This document shows, one piece after another, positions 31,578 to 41,497 of a stretch of DNA of 46,294 nt (the first letter of the stretch is position 1; the number at the start of each line of letters is the position of its first letter). The stretch comes from an uncultured Candidatus Saccharibacteria bacterium. GTDB taxonomy: Bacteria > Patescibacteriota > Minisyncoccia > UBA6257 > JAUSGH01. The stretch is from the NCBI GenBank assembly GCA_964372325.1, contig CAYJQG010000003.1, positions 1 through 46,294 of the forward strand, in the 5' to 3' direction. The position numbers and the translations under genes are program-made. The notes under the pieces were generated by a model that saw only the letters and a program-made list of their open reading frames with translations, ran no database searches and was not told where the DNA came from.

Positions 31578-33202
31578 TCAATATAAAAAAAATCTTTACT
31601 TCTTTCATTCTCTGTACCATAGTTCTTCAGAGTGTTATTCTCGTACCGCAAACGCACGCACAATCTGATGGCCTCGGGGTCATTGGTCGAGCAACGACAC
31701 GCACCCAACGTATTACTGCCGCTACGATCAAACTCAGCATTGCCACTTTGAGCCATGGTATATCTACTAAAAATTTAATTGCAGCAGCAAAGGCCGCGGG
31801 GTTCGACCTCGCCAACCCATTGAAATTTTTATTGAATATCACCGTAAGCTCTGAAGGGGCAGCGAATTTTTTAAATTTTCTTCAAGTTTATCAGCATTGG
31901 CTTCATACGAAAAATGCTCTTGCAACAGCAACTAAGGAACTCGCCGATGCACAACGTGAGGTCTGGGATGATATCCTCGATGTGCTCGAAAAAATTCTTC
32001 TTGAAACGCTTAAAAAACGCATCCTCGACACGATGGTTGACCAAATCGTTAACTGGATTCAAGGCGGGGGAGACCCTAAATTCATTACTAACTGGCAAGG
32101 GTTTTTTGGCGACATCGCACAAGGAGTTGCCGGTGAATTTGTAAAAGAACTTGGTTTGGGTTTTTTGTGTTCGCCATTTAGCCTTAAGGTACGGCTTGCA
32201 TTGCTGCCAGTCAATCGTTTTGCTGGTAAAAACTTTTCATGTACGCTCGACCAAATTACTGGAAATATTCAAAATTTTTATAAAGACTTCCGCAATGGAA
32301 GTTGGCTTGCACTCGACACTTCTTGGCAACCACAAAATAATTTCTATGGGGCACTCTGGCTTGGGTGGGATGCGCAACAAAATCTTATTGCAAATTCCCT
32401 GTTTGCGAAAGCCAATGAAGCAGTTTCTTCTCCGGGAGGCTTCCTTTCACAAAAAGTTTGCGTAGATGCGCTTGGTAAAAAAATTGACGCACGTCGGGAG
32501 GGGCGAAGGGGCGTGAAGTGCAGTATTGTCACCCCAGGTTCATTACTTGGAGACGTGGTTGCAAAAGCCGCGGGTGTAGATATCGATTCACTCATCACCG
32601 CCAAAGAACTTAGTGCATATATCGCAGCCATTGCCAATGCCTTAATTAATCGCGTTATCGTTGGAGCCGCAGGGCTCGCTGGGGCTAATGTATCGCCTGA
32701 TACCAAGGGACCGCAGGTTTACGCCGATATCGCCAACGAAGTTGACCAAACAAATAGGGGGTCAAAAGATTTCACTATCAGTAAAATTCCTGGTGCCCCA
32801 CAAAGCTCTGCGGTTATCGATTCTATAGAGGGGCGCCTCCGTGACGCGCTGGATACCCTGCAAGAGGCCAATAGTATTCTCATACAGTCACTCCAGCTTA
32901 AAAAGAACTATCTTGTACTTTGCCCGCAGTCTAACGCCGCTCTTCAAGCTTTTACTAATGATGTACACCAACAACAAACCGTGATTGATGGCAAAGTAAA
33001 AAAATTCGGTAGCGATCTGCAAGCGCTCTCTAAACTTTCTCCAACTGATGTGGGGAAATTTGTGTTCGCGCAAACCTATTCTTCACCTGAATATCTTGCC
33101 GAGCTTGATGAGCCAGAATCGCTAAAGACGGGGGCGCAAAAATCTCAAGAACAAATCCAAAAACACCTTACGGATTTTGGTGAACGTCGTTCATGCAAAT
33201 GA
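31574..33202 (+). CDS. Secreted protein of unknown function (542 aa)
   Basis: Signal peptide MINIKKIFTSFILCTIVLQSVILVPQTHAQ. Translationally coupled to the upstream gene. No motif recognised. Confidence 0.75.
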   Translation: MINIKKIFTSFILCTIVLQSVILVPQTHAQSDGLGVIGRATTRTQRITAATIKLSIATLSHGISTKNLIAAAKAAGFDLANPLKFLLNITVSSEGAANFLNFLQVYQHWLHTKNALATATKELADAQREVWDDILDVLEKILLETLKKRILDTMVDQIVNWIQGGGDPKFITNWQGFFGDIAQGVAGEFVKELGLGFLCSPFSLKVRLALLPVNRFAGKNFSCTLDQITGNIQNFYKDFRNGSWLALDTSWQPQNNFYGALWLGWDAQQNLIANSLFAKANEAVSSPGGFLSQKVCVDALGKKIDARREGRRGVKCSIVTPGSLLGDVVAKAAGVDIDSLITAKELSAYIAAIANALINRVIVGAAGLAGANVSPDTKGPQVYADIANEVDQTNRGSKDFTISKIPGAPQSSAVIDSIEGRLRDALDTLQEANSILIQSLQLKKNYLVLCPQSNAALQAFTNDVHQQQTVIDGKVKKFGSDLQALSKLSPTDVGKFVFAQTYSSPEYLAELDEPESLKTGAQKSQEQIQKHLTDFGERRSCK

Positions 33203-33222
33203 TTATCTTGATTATTTAACCT

Positions 33223-35103
33223 ATGAAACTACTCCGGCGATTTTCTCAATTCATTCTTACCTCAACCGCACTCCTCGTGCCGCAGTTTGTATTTGCCCAA
33301 GCGGTCGAGAAGATTTTTGATATCAGCTCCGCCTTTGTCGTCGGGATCCAAGCCGCCGCTTCTACCGTTATCATGATGTCGATCTACGGCGTCATGTTTG
33401 TCATCGGAAAAATTGGGAGTTTGTGCCTGATCGTTATTGGTTACATCTTGGACTTCGGTCTCCAATTGAATGCCACGGTTATTGACCAAGCCATTGTGAA
33501 ATCGGGCTGGGTTATTGTCCGGGATGTTTCCAATATCGGATTCTTGTTTGCCATTCTTGTTATCGCTTTTACTATTGTCACGCGCACACAAACGCATGGC
33601 ACGCGCGAACTGTTTGGTAAGCTCCTTATCGCGGCAGTACTCATTAATTTCAGTCTCGTGATTTCTGGCTTCTTTATTGATGCTGGTGGTGTTTTTTCCT
33701 CATTCTTTAAGGACAGAATTACTACTGGCGGAACGACAGTTGCAGAAAATATGCTAGCCGCGACCTCCTACGACAAGATCCTATCGCAGTTTGGTAGTGG
33801 AAGTTTTGAAGCGTTTAAGGCCGGTGACCCGGCAGCGTCTGGAGACCAGGCTCTTAAAAATGGCCTTCTATTCGGTCCAGCAGTAATCCAATATATTGCC
33901 AACCTTTTCTTTGTCGCACTCTTTACATTTTTCCTTGTGGCGGGCATGACTGCTGTTACAGTAATGGTATATGTCCGCTTTCTTTGGCTTATTGGCCTGC
34001 TTATTCTCGCGCCTGCAGCCTGGCTTTCGTTTGCAACCCCACAACTATCAAAATATTTTAGTGAGTGGTGGGATTATTTCTTGCGTTGGACGTTTTTCTT
34101 ACCCGCATCAATGTTTTTCTTATATCTCTCTGTTCTAGCAGGAACAACTCTCGGAGACACCCTCGACTTTACGTTTAAACTTTCCGGTGCGTATGCTACT
34201 GGATCTTATACGGCATCTGCGATCGGAGGACTTTTACCCTCGTTCGCTCAAATGATTGTTGTCATCGGACTTGCCATGATGGGACTTTTAGCCGGTGAAA
34301 AACTCGGTGGGTCAGCAACAAAAATGGCGTTCACTGCTGGCAATTGGGCACGCGGCAAGGTAACTGGCGGGGGGCCCAGCGGAATATCTCGCGGCGTTTT
34401 AGGTGCATATCTTCGCGGAGGAGTAGATAAGAATGGGGCCTCGCGTGGAGAGCGACTCCACGCACGAATTCAAACTGGCGGAGCGTTCTACGCTCCACTG
34501 CGCGGACTAGCTGAGAACATAGAAAAAATGAGCAAGCCCTCAAGTAAGACCACTGAAATACAGGCCCGTCTCGGCAGTATAAAAAATGACGGCTTGTTAA
34601 CTTCCATGGCCAATAAAGGTGGGTACGACGAGGAGACTGCTATCGCGCTTACAAAAGAACTTGCCAAGCGTGGTAAGCTTAAAACAGTCGATTCCGATGG
34701 GATCCTCAATCTTAAACGTGCTTCCAAGGGGAATGAAGCTGTCGAAAAAGAAATAGCCAAGGTCCGTCCCGACATGGTTGGTGATAGATCGAAGATAAAA
34801 GTTACTGAGGCCATGAACAAGCTTGCCGCTACCCAAAAAGGGCTTTTGCCTCCTGCTGTGTTTAGAGTTAAAAATGCTGATGGCACGTTTAATGAACCGT
34901 CGGTATTTGCCCTATTTGCGCTGAGCAACTCAGATCTTCTTACCCTTATAAAAAATGCCAGAAAAACCGATGAAATTAAAGAAGTGTGCAAGACAATCAA
35001 AAAAGCGATCGCAGATCTTAGAGGCTCAATGCATGACAAGTCCACTGAGTATACACGGTTAAATACATACGTGACGGCGAGTCCTGGTTTTTCAGCGTTA
35101 TAA
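33223..35103 (+). CDS. Polytopic membrane protein, VirB6/TrbL/PrgH-like by topology and position
   Basis: 626 aa, with a signal-like N-terminus, at least seven hydrophobic spans in the first ~370 aa and a hydrophilic C-terminal third. It lies two genes upstream of the PrgI-like gene. The assignment has no motif-level proof. Confidence 0.55.
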   Translation: MKLLRRFSQFILTSTALLVPQFVFAQAVEKIFDISSAFVVGIQAAASTVIMMSIYGVMFVIGKIGSLCLIVIGYILDFGLQLNATVIDQAIVKSGWVIVRDVSNIGFLFAILVIAFTIVTRTQTHGTRELFGKLLIAAVLINFSLVISGFFIDAGGVFSSFFKDRITTGGTTVAENMLAATSYDKILSQFGSGSFEAFKAGDPAASGDQALKNGLLFGPAVIQYIANLFFVALFTFFLVAGMTAVTVMVYVRFLWLIGLLILAPAAWLSFATPQLSKYFSEWWDYFLRWTFFLPASMFFLYLSVLAGTTLGDTLDFTFKLSGAYATGSYTASAIGGLLPSFAQMIVVIGLAMMGLLAGEKLGGSATKMAFTAGNWARGKVTGGGPSGISRGVLGAYLRGGVDKNGASRGERLHARIQTGGAFYAPLRGLAENIEKMSKPSSKTTEIQARLGSIKNDGLLTSMANKGGYDEETAIALTKELAKRGKLKTVDSDGILNLKRASKGNEAVEKEIAKVRPDMVGDRSKIKVTEAMNKLAATQKGLLPPAVFRVKNADGTFNEPSVFALFALSNSDLLTLIKNARKTDEIKEVCKTIKKAIADLRGSMHDKSTEYTRLNTYVTASPGFSAL

Positions 35104-35116
35104 TATCCTATTTTCT

Positions 35117-36343
35117 ATGGCTACTACCAACCTTTGGGAACTCCTTATTAAATTACCCGAAACTATTTACGACCAGTTGGTTTCTTTGGATGCCACTAAT
35201 AATATTATGGCGCTCAACCAACGATTTAATATTCCCCTCGCAAAGAGATCAGTAATTTCGTTACTTATTATTCGTCTCGTTACTAAAGAAATCGCTACAA
35301 CAGACTTTATTAGTCACCTCTCCTTAGAGCTTGACATTAGCGATTCAGCGGCAAGCATCCTGGCAAAAGAAATCGAAGATTCTGTGCTGCATCCTATAGA
35401 AAAAGAACTACAAGTAACCGGGGTTGATATGTCGATGTTCCATCGTATCAGTGGCCCCACGAGGCTACCCAACCTAGAACCTATAAACAAGCCCGCGGAT
35501 TCGGTTCAGTCTCCCCCAAAAGCTCCGGCGGGCATTGGGCACGAAACACGAACGGATTCGACTCTTCTTCGCCCCTCAACTACGCTCGGGGCTTCCGCCT
35601 CTGCTGAAGCTATGGCAGATAAATCAGGCGCGCAAGCCAACTCGCTCGATGTGGCTCAAAATAAACCATCGCAGATAGAACAAATGGTACCGACAGAAAC
35701 ACTGCCGTCAACCCCACTACCGACCGATAATTCTGCCCCGACAATACTCCGCGAAGAAAAAGCTGCAGTTACGCCAATGGTGCAAACGCCACGACCAACA
35801 TTTTCTATTAAAATTCCGTTGCAATGGAAAAAATATACTGCGCCCGCGCCGGTTTCAGCTACGATTGAGACGGCGGTATCGGAGGTCGGGGGTAGCACGT
35901 CGCAAGCCGCAGATCGCGAGTCGCTGGTTGTGGGTAGCGCGTCGAGGGTTGCGGAGCCTATGCCCAGCAAAGCCGCTAGCGAGTTGAGCCAAACCATCGA
36001 GGGACCCCCTCGCAATGACGACGGTATAGACAAAAAAAATGCTGGGTCGCCAAAAATTCCGATCCCAATTCCTATTCCAAAACCAAAACCCAGCGTTGCT
36101 GTGCCAATGACGACCTTAGACATTACGCCTCCAGTGCGAGCGACAAATAACGGCAAAGCGCAAAGCTTACCTACCAATAAACAAGACGCAAAGCGCGAAG
36201 CGGACGACCGAAAAATATCCATTCCTACACCACCGCCAAAAATTATGGAATTTAGTGCTTCGCCCACCACGCTACCGCAAGTGAAGAGGGTGGTGCATTA
36301 TAGTAGATACCATACGTTGGTTGATCAATCGACTGGGGTATAG
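35117..36343 (+). CDS. Hypothetical Pro/Ser/Thr-rich protein (408 aa)
   Basis: Long ORF with ATG at 35117. Structured N-terminal ~110 aa, then a low-complexity region. No TM helix seen. Confidence 0.65.
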   Translation: MATTNLWELLIKLPETIYDQLVSLDATNNIMALNQRFNIPLAKRSVISLLIIRLVTKEIATTDFISHLSLELDISDSAASILAKEIEDSVLHPIEKELQVTGVDMSMFHRISGPTRLPNLEPINKPADSVQSPPKAPAGIGHETRTDSTLLRPSTTLGASASAEAMADKSGAQANSLDVAQNKPSQIEQMVPTETLPSTPLPTDNSAPTILREEKAAVTPMVQTPRPTFSIKIPLQWKKYTAPAPVSATIETAVSEVGGSTSQAADRESLVVGSASRVAEPMPSKAASELSQTIEGPPRNDDGIDKKNAGSPKIPIPIPIPKPKPSVAVPMTTLDITPPVRATNNGKAQSLPTNKQDAKREADDRKISIPTPPPKIMEFSASPTTLPQVKRVVHYSRYHTLVDQSTGV

Positions 36344-36470
36344 GGTTTAGAAACTAGGCACTAGACACTAGTGATTAGCCACTAGACACTAGCCACTAGA
36401 AACTGGACACTAGAAACTGGACACTAGAAACTGGAAACTGGGAACTAGTAAATAGCCACTAGACACTAAT
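36344..36470. repeat. CTAG-rich tandem repeat tract
   Basis: Iterations of (A/C)CACTAGA(A/C)ACTGG, including CACTAGAAACTGGA three times around 36394-36440. Related tracts lie at 29128-29165, 29520-29545, 43974-44000 and 45427-45460. Confidence 0.8.
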
Positions 36471-36472
36471 GG

Positions 36473-36557
36473 AAAAATCCCAAATTTCAAGCACCAAATA
36501 ACAAATAAATTCCATTAAATATTATTTGAGATTTGGTATTTGAGATTTGGTGCTTAT
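36473..36557. repeat. CCCAAAT-hairpin element, copy C (short loop)
   Basis: AAAAATCCCAAATTTCAAGCACCAAATAACAAATAAATTCC paired with TTATTTGAGATTTGGTATTTGAGATTTGGTGCTTAT. It ends 12 nt before ATG 36570. Confidence 0.85.
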
Positions 36558-36569
36558 GTTTAATTTTTT

Positions 36570-37049
36570 ATGCAGTACCAAGTACCACAATTTATTGAGG
36601 TTGAAGACACCATTGTTGGGCCGTTAACGATTAAGCAGTTTATTTATCTTGCAACGTCGGGTTTTATTTGTGTTATTTTGTATTTTATTCTCCAAGGAGC
36701 TGTATTTTTTATTGTCGCCGCACTTGTCGGTGGCAGTGGGCTGACACTCGCATTCGCAAAGTATAACGGGCGCCCCGTTACTACGGTGCTTGTTGCCGCC
36801 TTTCGTTATTTTTTAAACCCTCGTATCTATATATGGAAGCGCAAAGAAGAGGTTGCAGCGCTCCGCGCAGCTGAAGCAGAGAAACATGAGTCCGCCGTTC
36901 AACAGTTGTGGCTCCGCATTACCGCGGGAAAAGATATCGTGCCCCAGCGCCCGAAAGAGCGTTCGGCATTTGGGGTCCCGCAAAAATACCAAGTGATTGA
37001 GCATGTGTCGGGGGCGAGAGAGAACGTGAAGAGGATTGATTATAGGTAA
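36570..37049 (+). CDS. PrgI-family (VirB3-like) T4SS membrane protein
   Basis: MQYQVPQFIEVEDTIVGPLTIKQFIYL followed by two TM helices is the hallmark PrgI-family N-terminus. It lies immediately upstream of the VirB4-like genes, as in Gram-positive conjugation operons. Confidence 0.75.
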   Translation: MQYQVPQFIEVEDTIVGPLTIKQFIYLATSGFICVILYFILQGAVFFIVAALVGGSGLTLAFAKYNGRPVTTVLVAAFRYFLNPRIYIWKRKEEVAALRAAEAEKHESAVQQLWLRITAGKDIVPQRPKERSAFGVPQKYQVIEHVSGARENVKRIDYR

Positions 37050-37324
37050 AATGCACTAATGAGCGCCCGCTTTGTCGCCCTTCGTCGGAGTACCACAGAG
37101 AGTACACCTCCTCAGGGCTTCGCGCGGGCATCTCATTATTGCATTTTACTCGCGCCATGAAGTACGTTACCGGGCCGATTTCGTTGTCGTGCCTCCTCGC
37201 AGTACCACCGCGGGTACAGCTTCGTCGGCACTCCTAGAACTCGGCCCGGTAACGTACTTCTACCACTTACCGAGAGCTCTAAGGGCTTCGCGCGGGCATC
37301 TCATTATTGCATTTTACTCGCGCC
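37050..37324. mobile_element. Composite GC-rich MITE-like insert
   Basis: A 43-nt direct repeat, AGGGCTTCGCGCGGGCATCTCATTATTGCATTTTACTCGCGCC, occurs at 37114-37156 and 37282-37324. A perfect 20-bp inverted repeat is GAAGTACGTTACCGGGCCGA (37159-37178) with 37241-37260. It shares modules with 6127-6148 and 15100-15128. Confidence 0.8.
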
Positions 37325-37386
37325 GTCATTATTATTCTTTTTCCTTTTTCCTTTTTCATTCTTCGTTTTTAATTTATACTACATAC

Positions 37387-38040
37387 ATGCCTCCCATAGC
37401 TCGGCCAACGCAAGAATTTGTCGCAATTGACCGCATCCAAGACGGTGTGGTGATTTTAAAAGACGGAGCTCTCCGGCAAATTTTACTTGTTTCGGGCACC
37501 AACTTCGACCTAAAGTCCGAAGACGAAAAACAGCTTATCATCGCATCGTACCAAAACTTTTTGAACTCGCTCAAATTTTCTTTACAAATGATCGTGCACT
37601 CTCGCCGCGTGAATGTCGAACGCTATTTAGCCCGCCTTGGAGAACGCTCGCTTACCGAAACCAATGAGCTCTTGCGTAACCAAATCGCTGAATACAGCCA
37701 ATTTATTCGTTCGTTTGTCGGAGAAAACCCCATTATGACTAAAACTTTTTTCGCCGTTGTTCCATTTGATCCCGTTTCTATTCCCGGTGCCGCGGCCATA
37801 ACGCGCACTGGTCTTTTTGGGTTTTTCAAAAAGTCCGCACCCGAAGCCGCTACAGCCGACGCCACACGTACCCTACACGACCACATTGAACAGCTCTCGC
37901 AACGTACCACCCACATTATTTCAGGGCTTCAAGAAATCGGGCTCCGTGCGGTGCCGTTGCAAGACCAAGAAATTACTGAGCTACTCTACAACCTCTACAA
38001 CCCAGAGCCAGTAGAGAAAACGAGCGTTGCTGAGAAATAA
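37387..38040 (+). CDS. VirB4 N-terminal-domain-like protein (217 aa, no NTPase motifs)
   Basis: ATG 37387. The ORF-track extension to 37072 reads through the MITE. The pattern TQEFVAIDRIQDGVVILKDGALRQILLVSGTNFDLKSEDEKQ..YQNFLNSL resembles the N-terminal region of conjugative VirB4/TraC-type ATPases. Assigned by eye only. Confidence 0.5.
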   Translation: MPPIARPTQEFVAIDRIQDGVVILKDGALRQILLVSGTNFDLKSEDEKQLIIASYQNFLNSLKFSLQMIVHSRRVNVERYLARLGERSLTETNELLRNQIAEYSQFIRSFVGENPIMTKTFFAVVPFDPVSIPGAAAITRTGLFGFFKKSAPEAATADATRTLHDHIEQLSQRTTHIISGLQEIGLRAVPLQDQEITELLYNLYNPEPVEKTSVAEK

Positions 38041-38047
38041 AAACTTT

Positions 38048-39757
38048 ATGCCAGAAAATAATAACATCGAAAATTTTATTGCACCACCAAGTGTTGAGGT
38101 GAATGCCAATTATTTAAAAATCGGCAATGAATTTGCGAAGACGCTCTTCATTTACACCTACCCACGCTACCTTTCGACGGGTTGGTTTTCACCAATCATT
38201 AACATGCCGAGCCTCTTAGACATTGCTATTTTTGTGCACCCCGTTGACCCAGCGCTTGCCTTGAAAAATTTGCGTAAAAAGTCTGCGCAAATTGAGTCGC
38301 AAATCATGTCGGTTGAAGAAAAGGGGCTGGTTAGAAACCCCCTCCTTGAAACCGCCTACCAAGACGTCGAAACATTGCGCGATTCACTCCAGCAGTCACG
38401 AGAAAATCTTTTTAATGTTGCCGTGTATATTACGATATTCGCTGACTCTCTCCCGAACCTTGGGAAACTTGAGTCAGAGATCACGAGTTTTCTCGAAGGG
38501 CGCATTGTGTATGCGAAGCCTGCCGCATTCCAACAAGTTGAAGGGTGGACCGCAACGCTCCCCTTAGGGCTCGACAAGTTGCTTATTACCTCGCCCATGG
38601 ACACGGCGCCGATTTCTTCGTTCTTCCCATTTGTTTCTGCAAACCTCACCTCCGAAACCGGAATTTTGTATGGCGTGAACCCGGGCAATAACACCCTTAT
38701 CCTTTTCGACCGATTCTCACTCGAAAATGCGAACATGGTCATTTTTGCCAAGTCTGGTTCTGGTAAGTCGTACGCTACCAAACTCGAAGCGCTCCGCCTC
38801 TTAATGCTTGGGACTGATGTGATTATTATCGACCCTGAAAATGAATATCAAAATTTGGCAAACACGGTCGGTGGAAGTTTTATTAAAATTTCACTCGCCT
38901 CCGAGCAACATATTAACCCATTTGACATCCCTATTATTCCCAAAGGCGAAGACCCGAGCGACATCTTAAAGTCCCATATTGCCGGGCTCGCAGGCATGAT
39001 GAAAATTATGTTGGGGAAAATTTCTCCCGAAGAAGATGCGCTCCTCGACCGGGCGCTGCTCGAAGCGTATGCATCGCGCGACATTGCACCCGGCAAAGAA
39101 TTTGCAAATGCCATCCCGCCCCTTTTAGAAGATATCGAAACTGTGCTCCGCGGTATTGAGGGTGGGGGGCCGCTTGCCGAACGATTGTTTAAATTTACTA
39201 AGGGCAGCTACGCCGGTTTTCTCGACAAACCAACCAACGTCAGCGTACAGAACCGCCTCGTAGTTTTTTCGGTACGCGATCTTGAAGAAGAACTGCGCCC
39301 TATCGCGGTTTACCTCGTCTTAAACTTTATTTGGAATATTATTCGGGCAGAGATTAAGCAACGTATTTTAATTGTCGATGAAGCCTGGTGGATGATGAAA
39401 AACCCCGACAGCGCCCAATTTTTGTTTAGCCTTGTGAAGCGCGCTCGCAAATATTACCTTGGTATAACCACCGTTACCCAAGACGTTGAAGATTTTTTGC
39501 TTTCGCCGTATGGCCGGCCTATTATCACCAACTCCTCGCTCCAACTTTTATTAAAACAAGCTCCTGCGATGATGGACATTGTTTCGAAAACTTTCGCACT
39601 TGCCGAGGGAGAAAAAACTTTGCTCACCGAAGTCCCCGTAGGGCAGGGTATTTTCATCGCTGGCCTTCAACACGCACCAATCCAAATTGTTGCGTCGTAT
39701 CTCGAAGACCAGATTGTGACAACAAAGCCGCAACAGATATTGGAGGAACAACAATAG
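38048..39757 (+). CDS. virB4: VirB4/TrbE/PrgJ-like T4SS ATPase
   Basis: Walker A FAKSGSGKSYATK, Walker B ILIVDEAWWMM, the YLKIGNEFAKTLFIYTYPRYL N-domain and TQDVEDF. The start is ATG 38048, or TTG 38027 overlapping the upstream stop. Confidence 0.85.
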   Translation: MPENNNIENFIAPPSVEVNANYLKIGNEFAKTLFIYTYPRYLSTGWFSPIINMPSLLDIAIFVHPVDPALALKNLRKKSAQIESQIMSVEEKGLVRNPLLETAYQDVETLRDSLQQSRENLFNVAVYITIFADSLPNLGKLESEITSFLEGRIVYAKPAAFQQVEGWTATLPLGLDKLLITSPMDTAPISSFFPFVSANLTSETGILYGVNPGNNTLILFDRFSLENANMVIFAKSGSGKSYATKLEALRLLMLGTDVIIIDPENEYQNLANTVGGSFIKISLASEQHINPFDIPIIPKGEDPSDILKSHIAGLAGMMKIMLGKISPEEDALLDRALLEAYASRDIAPGKEFANAIPPLLEDIETVLRGIEGGGPLAERLFKFTKGSYAGFLDKPTNVSVQNRLVVFSVRDLEEELRPIAVYLVLNFIWNIIRAEIKQRILIVDEAWWMMKNPDSAQFLFSLVKRARKYYLGITTVTQDVEDFLLSPYGRPIITNSSLQLLLKQAPAMMDIVSKTFALAEGEKTLLTEVPVGQGIFIAGLQHAPIQIVASYLEDQIVTTKPQQILEEQQ

Positions 39758-39769
39758 CAGGGTTTTAAG

Positions 39770-40025
39770 AAAATCCCAAGCACTAAATAACAAATAAATT
39801 CTAATTTTTTTATTCGAATCTATATATTAGACCCACTGCTTAATTATCTTTCTACTGCAATTCTAAAATCATGGCTACAACTTGTCAAAAAAAGTTCACA
39901 AGATACACTGTATATTGCTCACTTTTTTTGACTGCGTTTCGCTCACGATTTTAGAATTTCGTAACGAAAATAATTAAGCAGCGGGTCTATTGAATATTAT
40001 TTGGGATTTGGGATTTGGTGCTTAT
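39770..40025. repeat. CCCAAAT-hairpin element, copy D, with a nested 160-nt insert
   Basis: The arms are at 39770-39810 and 39993-40025. The nested element has ends AGACCCACTGCTTAATTAT (39829-39847) and ATAATTAAGCAGCGGGTCT (39970-39988), plus an inner inverted repeat. Confidence 0.8.
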
Positions 40026-40061
40026 GTTTTTAGTGGCTATTAGCTATACCCTTAATTTTTT

Positions 40062-40541
40062 ATGCCTCCTCTAACTAATCTATTAAACAACGCCCCACAA
40101 AAACCACCCATAAAGGTATCTACTGCCGAGATGGTACTCGTACTTACCATCTCGGGCATGATCGACGCCCTTGACGCCGCTCTTAGTTTTATCCCAGGGC
40201 TTGGCTGGATCTCCAACTTCTTCATCAACCTTATGGCAACCGCCTTGATTCAGCTGTACCTCATGCTCCGTGGCTTAAAATGGTATTATAGTATTGTAGG
40301 CAACCTAATAGAATTTATACCGGTTTTGAATATATTGCCGCTTCGTACGGTTGGCCTTGCGCTAACCTTTGCGCTTACCCAATCAACATACTCCACCGCT
40401 GCCGCAAGAATTATTCGCTCGCGCTCGGGAGGTGCAATGTTGAGAAAGGTTACTTCTCGCGTCAATCCCGAAGAGGCGGCTGCAGCCTTACAATATATAT
40501 CTTCGACCACCGCAGCGAAGACACCACCGGAGGACGGTTAG
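40062..40541 (+). CDS. Small polytopic membrane protein (159 aa)
   Basis: ATG 40062. Three to four hydrophobic helices and a basic, Ala-rich C-terminus. No motif recognised. Confidence 0.65.
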   Translation: MPPLTNLLNNAPQKPPIKVSTAEMVLVLTISGMIDALDAALSFIPGLGWISNFFINLMATALIQLYLMLRGLKWYYSIVGNLIEFIPVLNILPLRTVGLALTFALTQSTYSTAAARIIRSRSGGAMLRKVTSRVNPEEAAAALQYISSTTAAKTPPEDG

Positions 40542-40661
40542 CCCTAGTGCGTAATTCCTAATATCTAATATCTAATTTCTAATTTCTAATAAAATGACTA
40601 AGCAATAAATGATAAAAAAAATCTAAACTTTATTCATTAGATATTAGAAATTTTCTCATCA

Positions 40662-41345
40662 ATGTTTCTCGGGTTTGTAAAAATTCTCTCGCTGGTCTAT
40701 GCACTCTTCGCCACACAGGCTGCTTTTGCGCAAGCTGCTCCTTTTGAATTTGTGACCTCTTGGCGAGCACATAGCTATGCGCCACCAATGTACGTGGGGA
40801 AAATTCTCCCCACCGCAAATACGAGAGTAACCGCGAGCTTCACACTGCTTGAAAAACATGCCTCAGTCGACACGTCAAAAACTATGGTACGTTGGTTTTT
40901 AAACGACCAATTTCTTACATCTGGGATAGGCGCACAATCGGTAACGTTTACGACCGACGACCTTACCTTGTCTGGGGCGCTTACACTTAAAGTTTTTATC
41001 CCTCGCTTCCGTGGGAAAGAAGACTTAATTAGGTTTATCGATATTCCCATCGTAAGGCCGGAGTTGGTTATCCGCGCGCCGTATATTGGCGGTAATATTA
41101 ACGCTGGGAACCATACATTCGAAGCATTGCCGTATTTTTGGAACATCAATTCCACGAGTGATTTACTTATTCGGTGGGTGGCGGGGAACGACCAAAGCCC
41201 TGAGGGCAGAGGCCAAGGGGCAATTACCCTTACCATTCCGCAGCCAAGGAGACCCACGCCGCTCACTATTTCACTCTCTGCAAAACATGCAACCAACGAA
41301 TTTGAAGTTGGGAGCGCGAGCGTGGAACTTTTAATTGCGGAATAA
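40662..41345 (+). CDS. Secreted protein (227 aa)
   Basis: Signal peptide MFLGFVKILSLVYALFATQAAFAQA, followed by beta-rich composition. Confidence 0.7.
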   Translation: MFLGFVKILSLVYALFATQAAFAQAAPFEFVTSWRAHSYAPPMYVGKILPTANTRVTASFTLLEKHASVDTSKTMVRWFLNDQFLTSGIGAQSVTFTTDDLTLSGALTLKVFIPRFRGKEDLIRFIDIPIVRPELVIRAPYIGGNINAGNHTFEALPYFWNINSTSDLLIRWVAGNDQSPEGRGQGAITLTIPQPRRPTPLTISLSAKHATNEFEVGSASVELLIAE

Positions 41346-41356
41346 TATATAAAGAC

Positions 41357-41457
41357 TAAGCACTAAATCCCAAGCATCAAATAACAAATAAATCTTAATT
41401 GAGTGGTTTCCATGATTAGAATTTAAGAGTTGAATATTATTTGGGATTTGGCGCTTA
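41357..41457. repeat. CCCAAAT-hairpin element, copy E
   Basis: TAAGCACTAAATCCCAAGCATCAAATAACAAATAAATC paired with TTATTTGGGATTTGGCGCTTA. Confidence 0.8.
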
Positions 41458-41497
41458 ACCTTATATCCTTATAAATAATGAGAGTTATACTATAATT

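Noticed and set aside
37072-37386. N-terminal extension of the ORF 37072..38040
   Set aside because: It translates the MITE mosaic; the same peptide LRASRGHLIIAFYSR appears twice because of the 43-nt direct repeat. The first plausible start after the element is ATG 37387.
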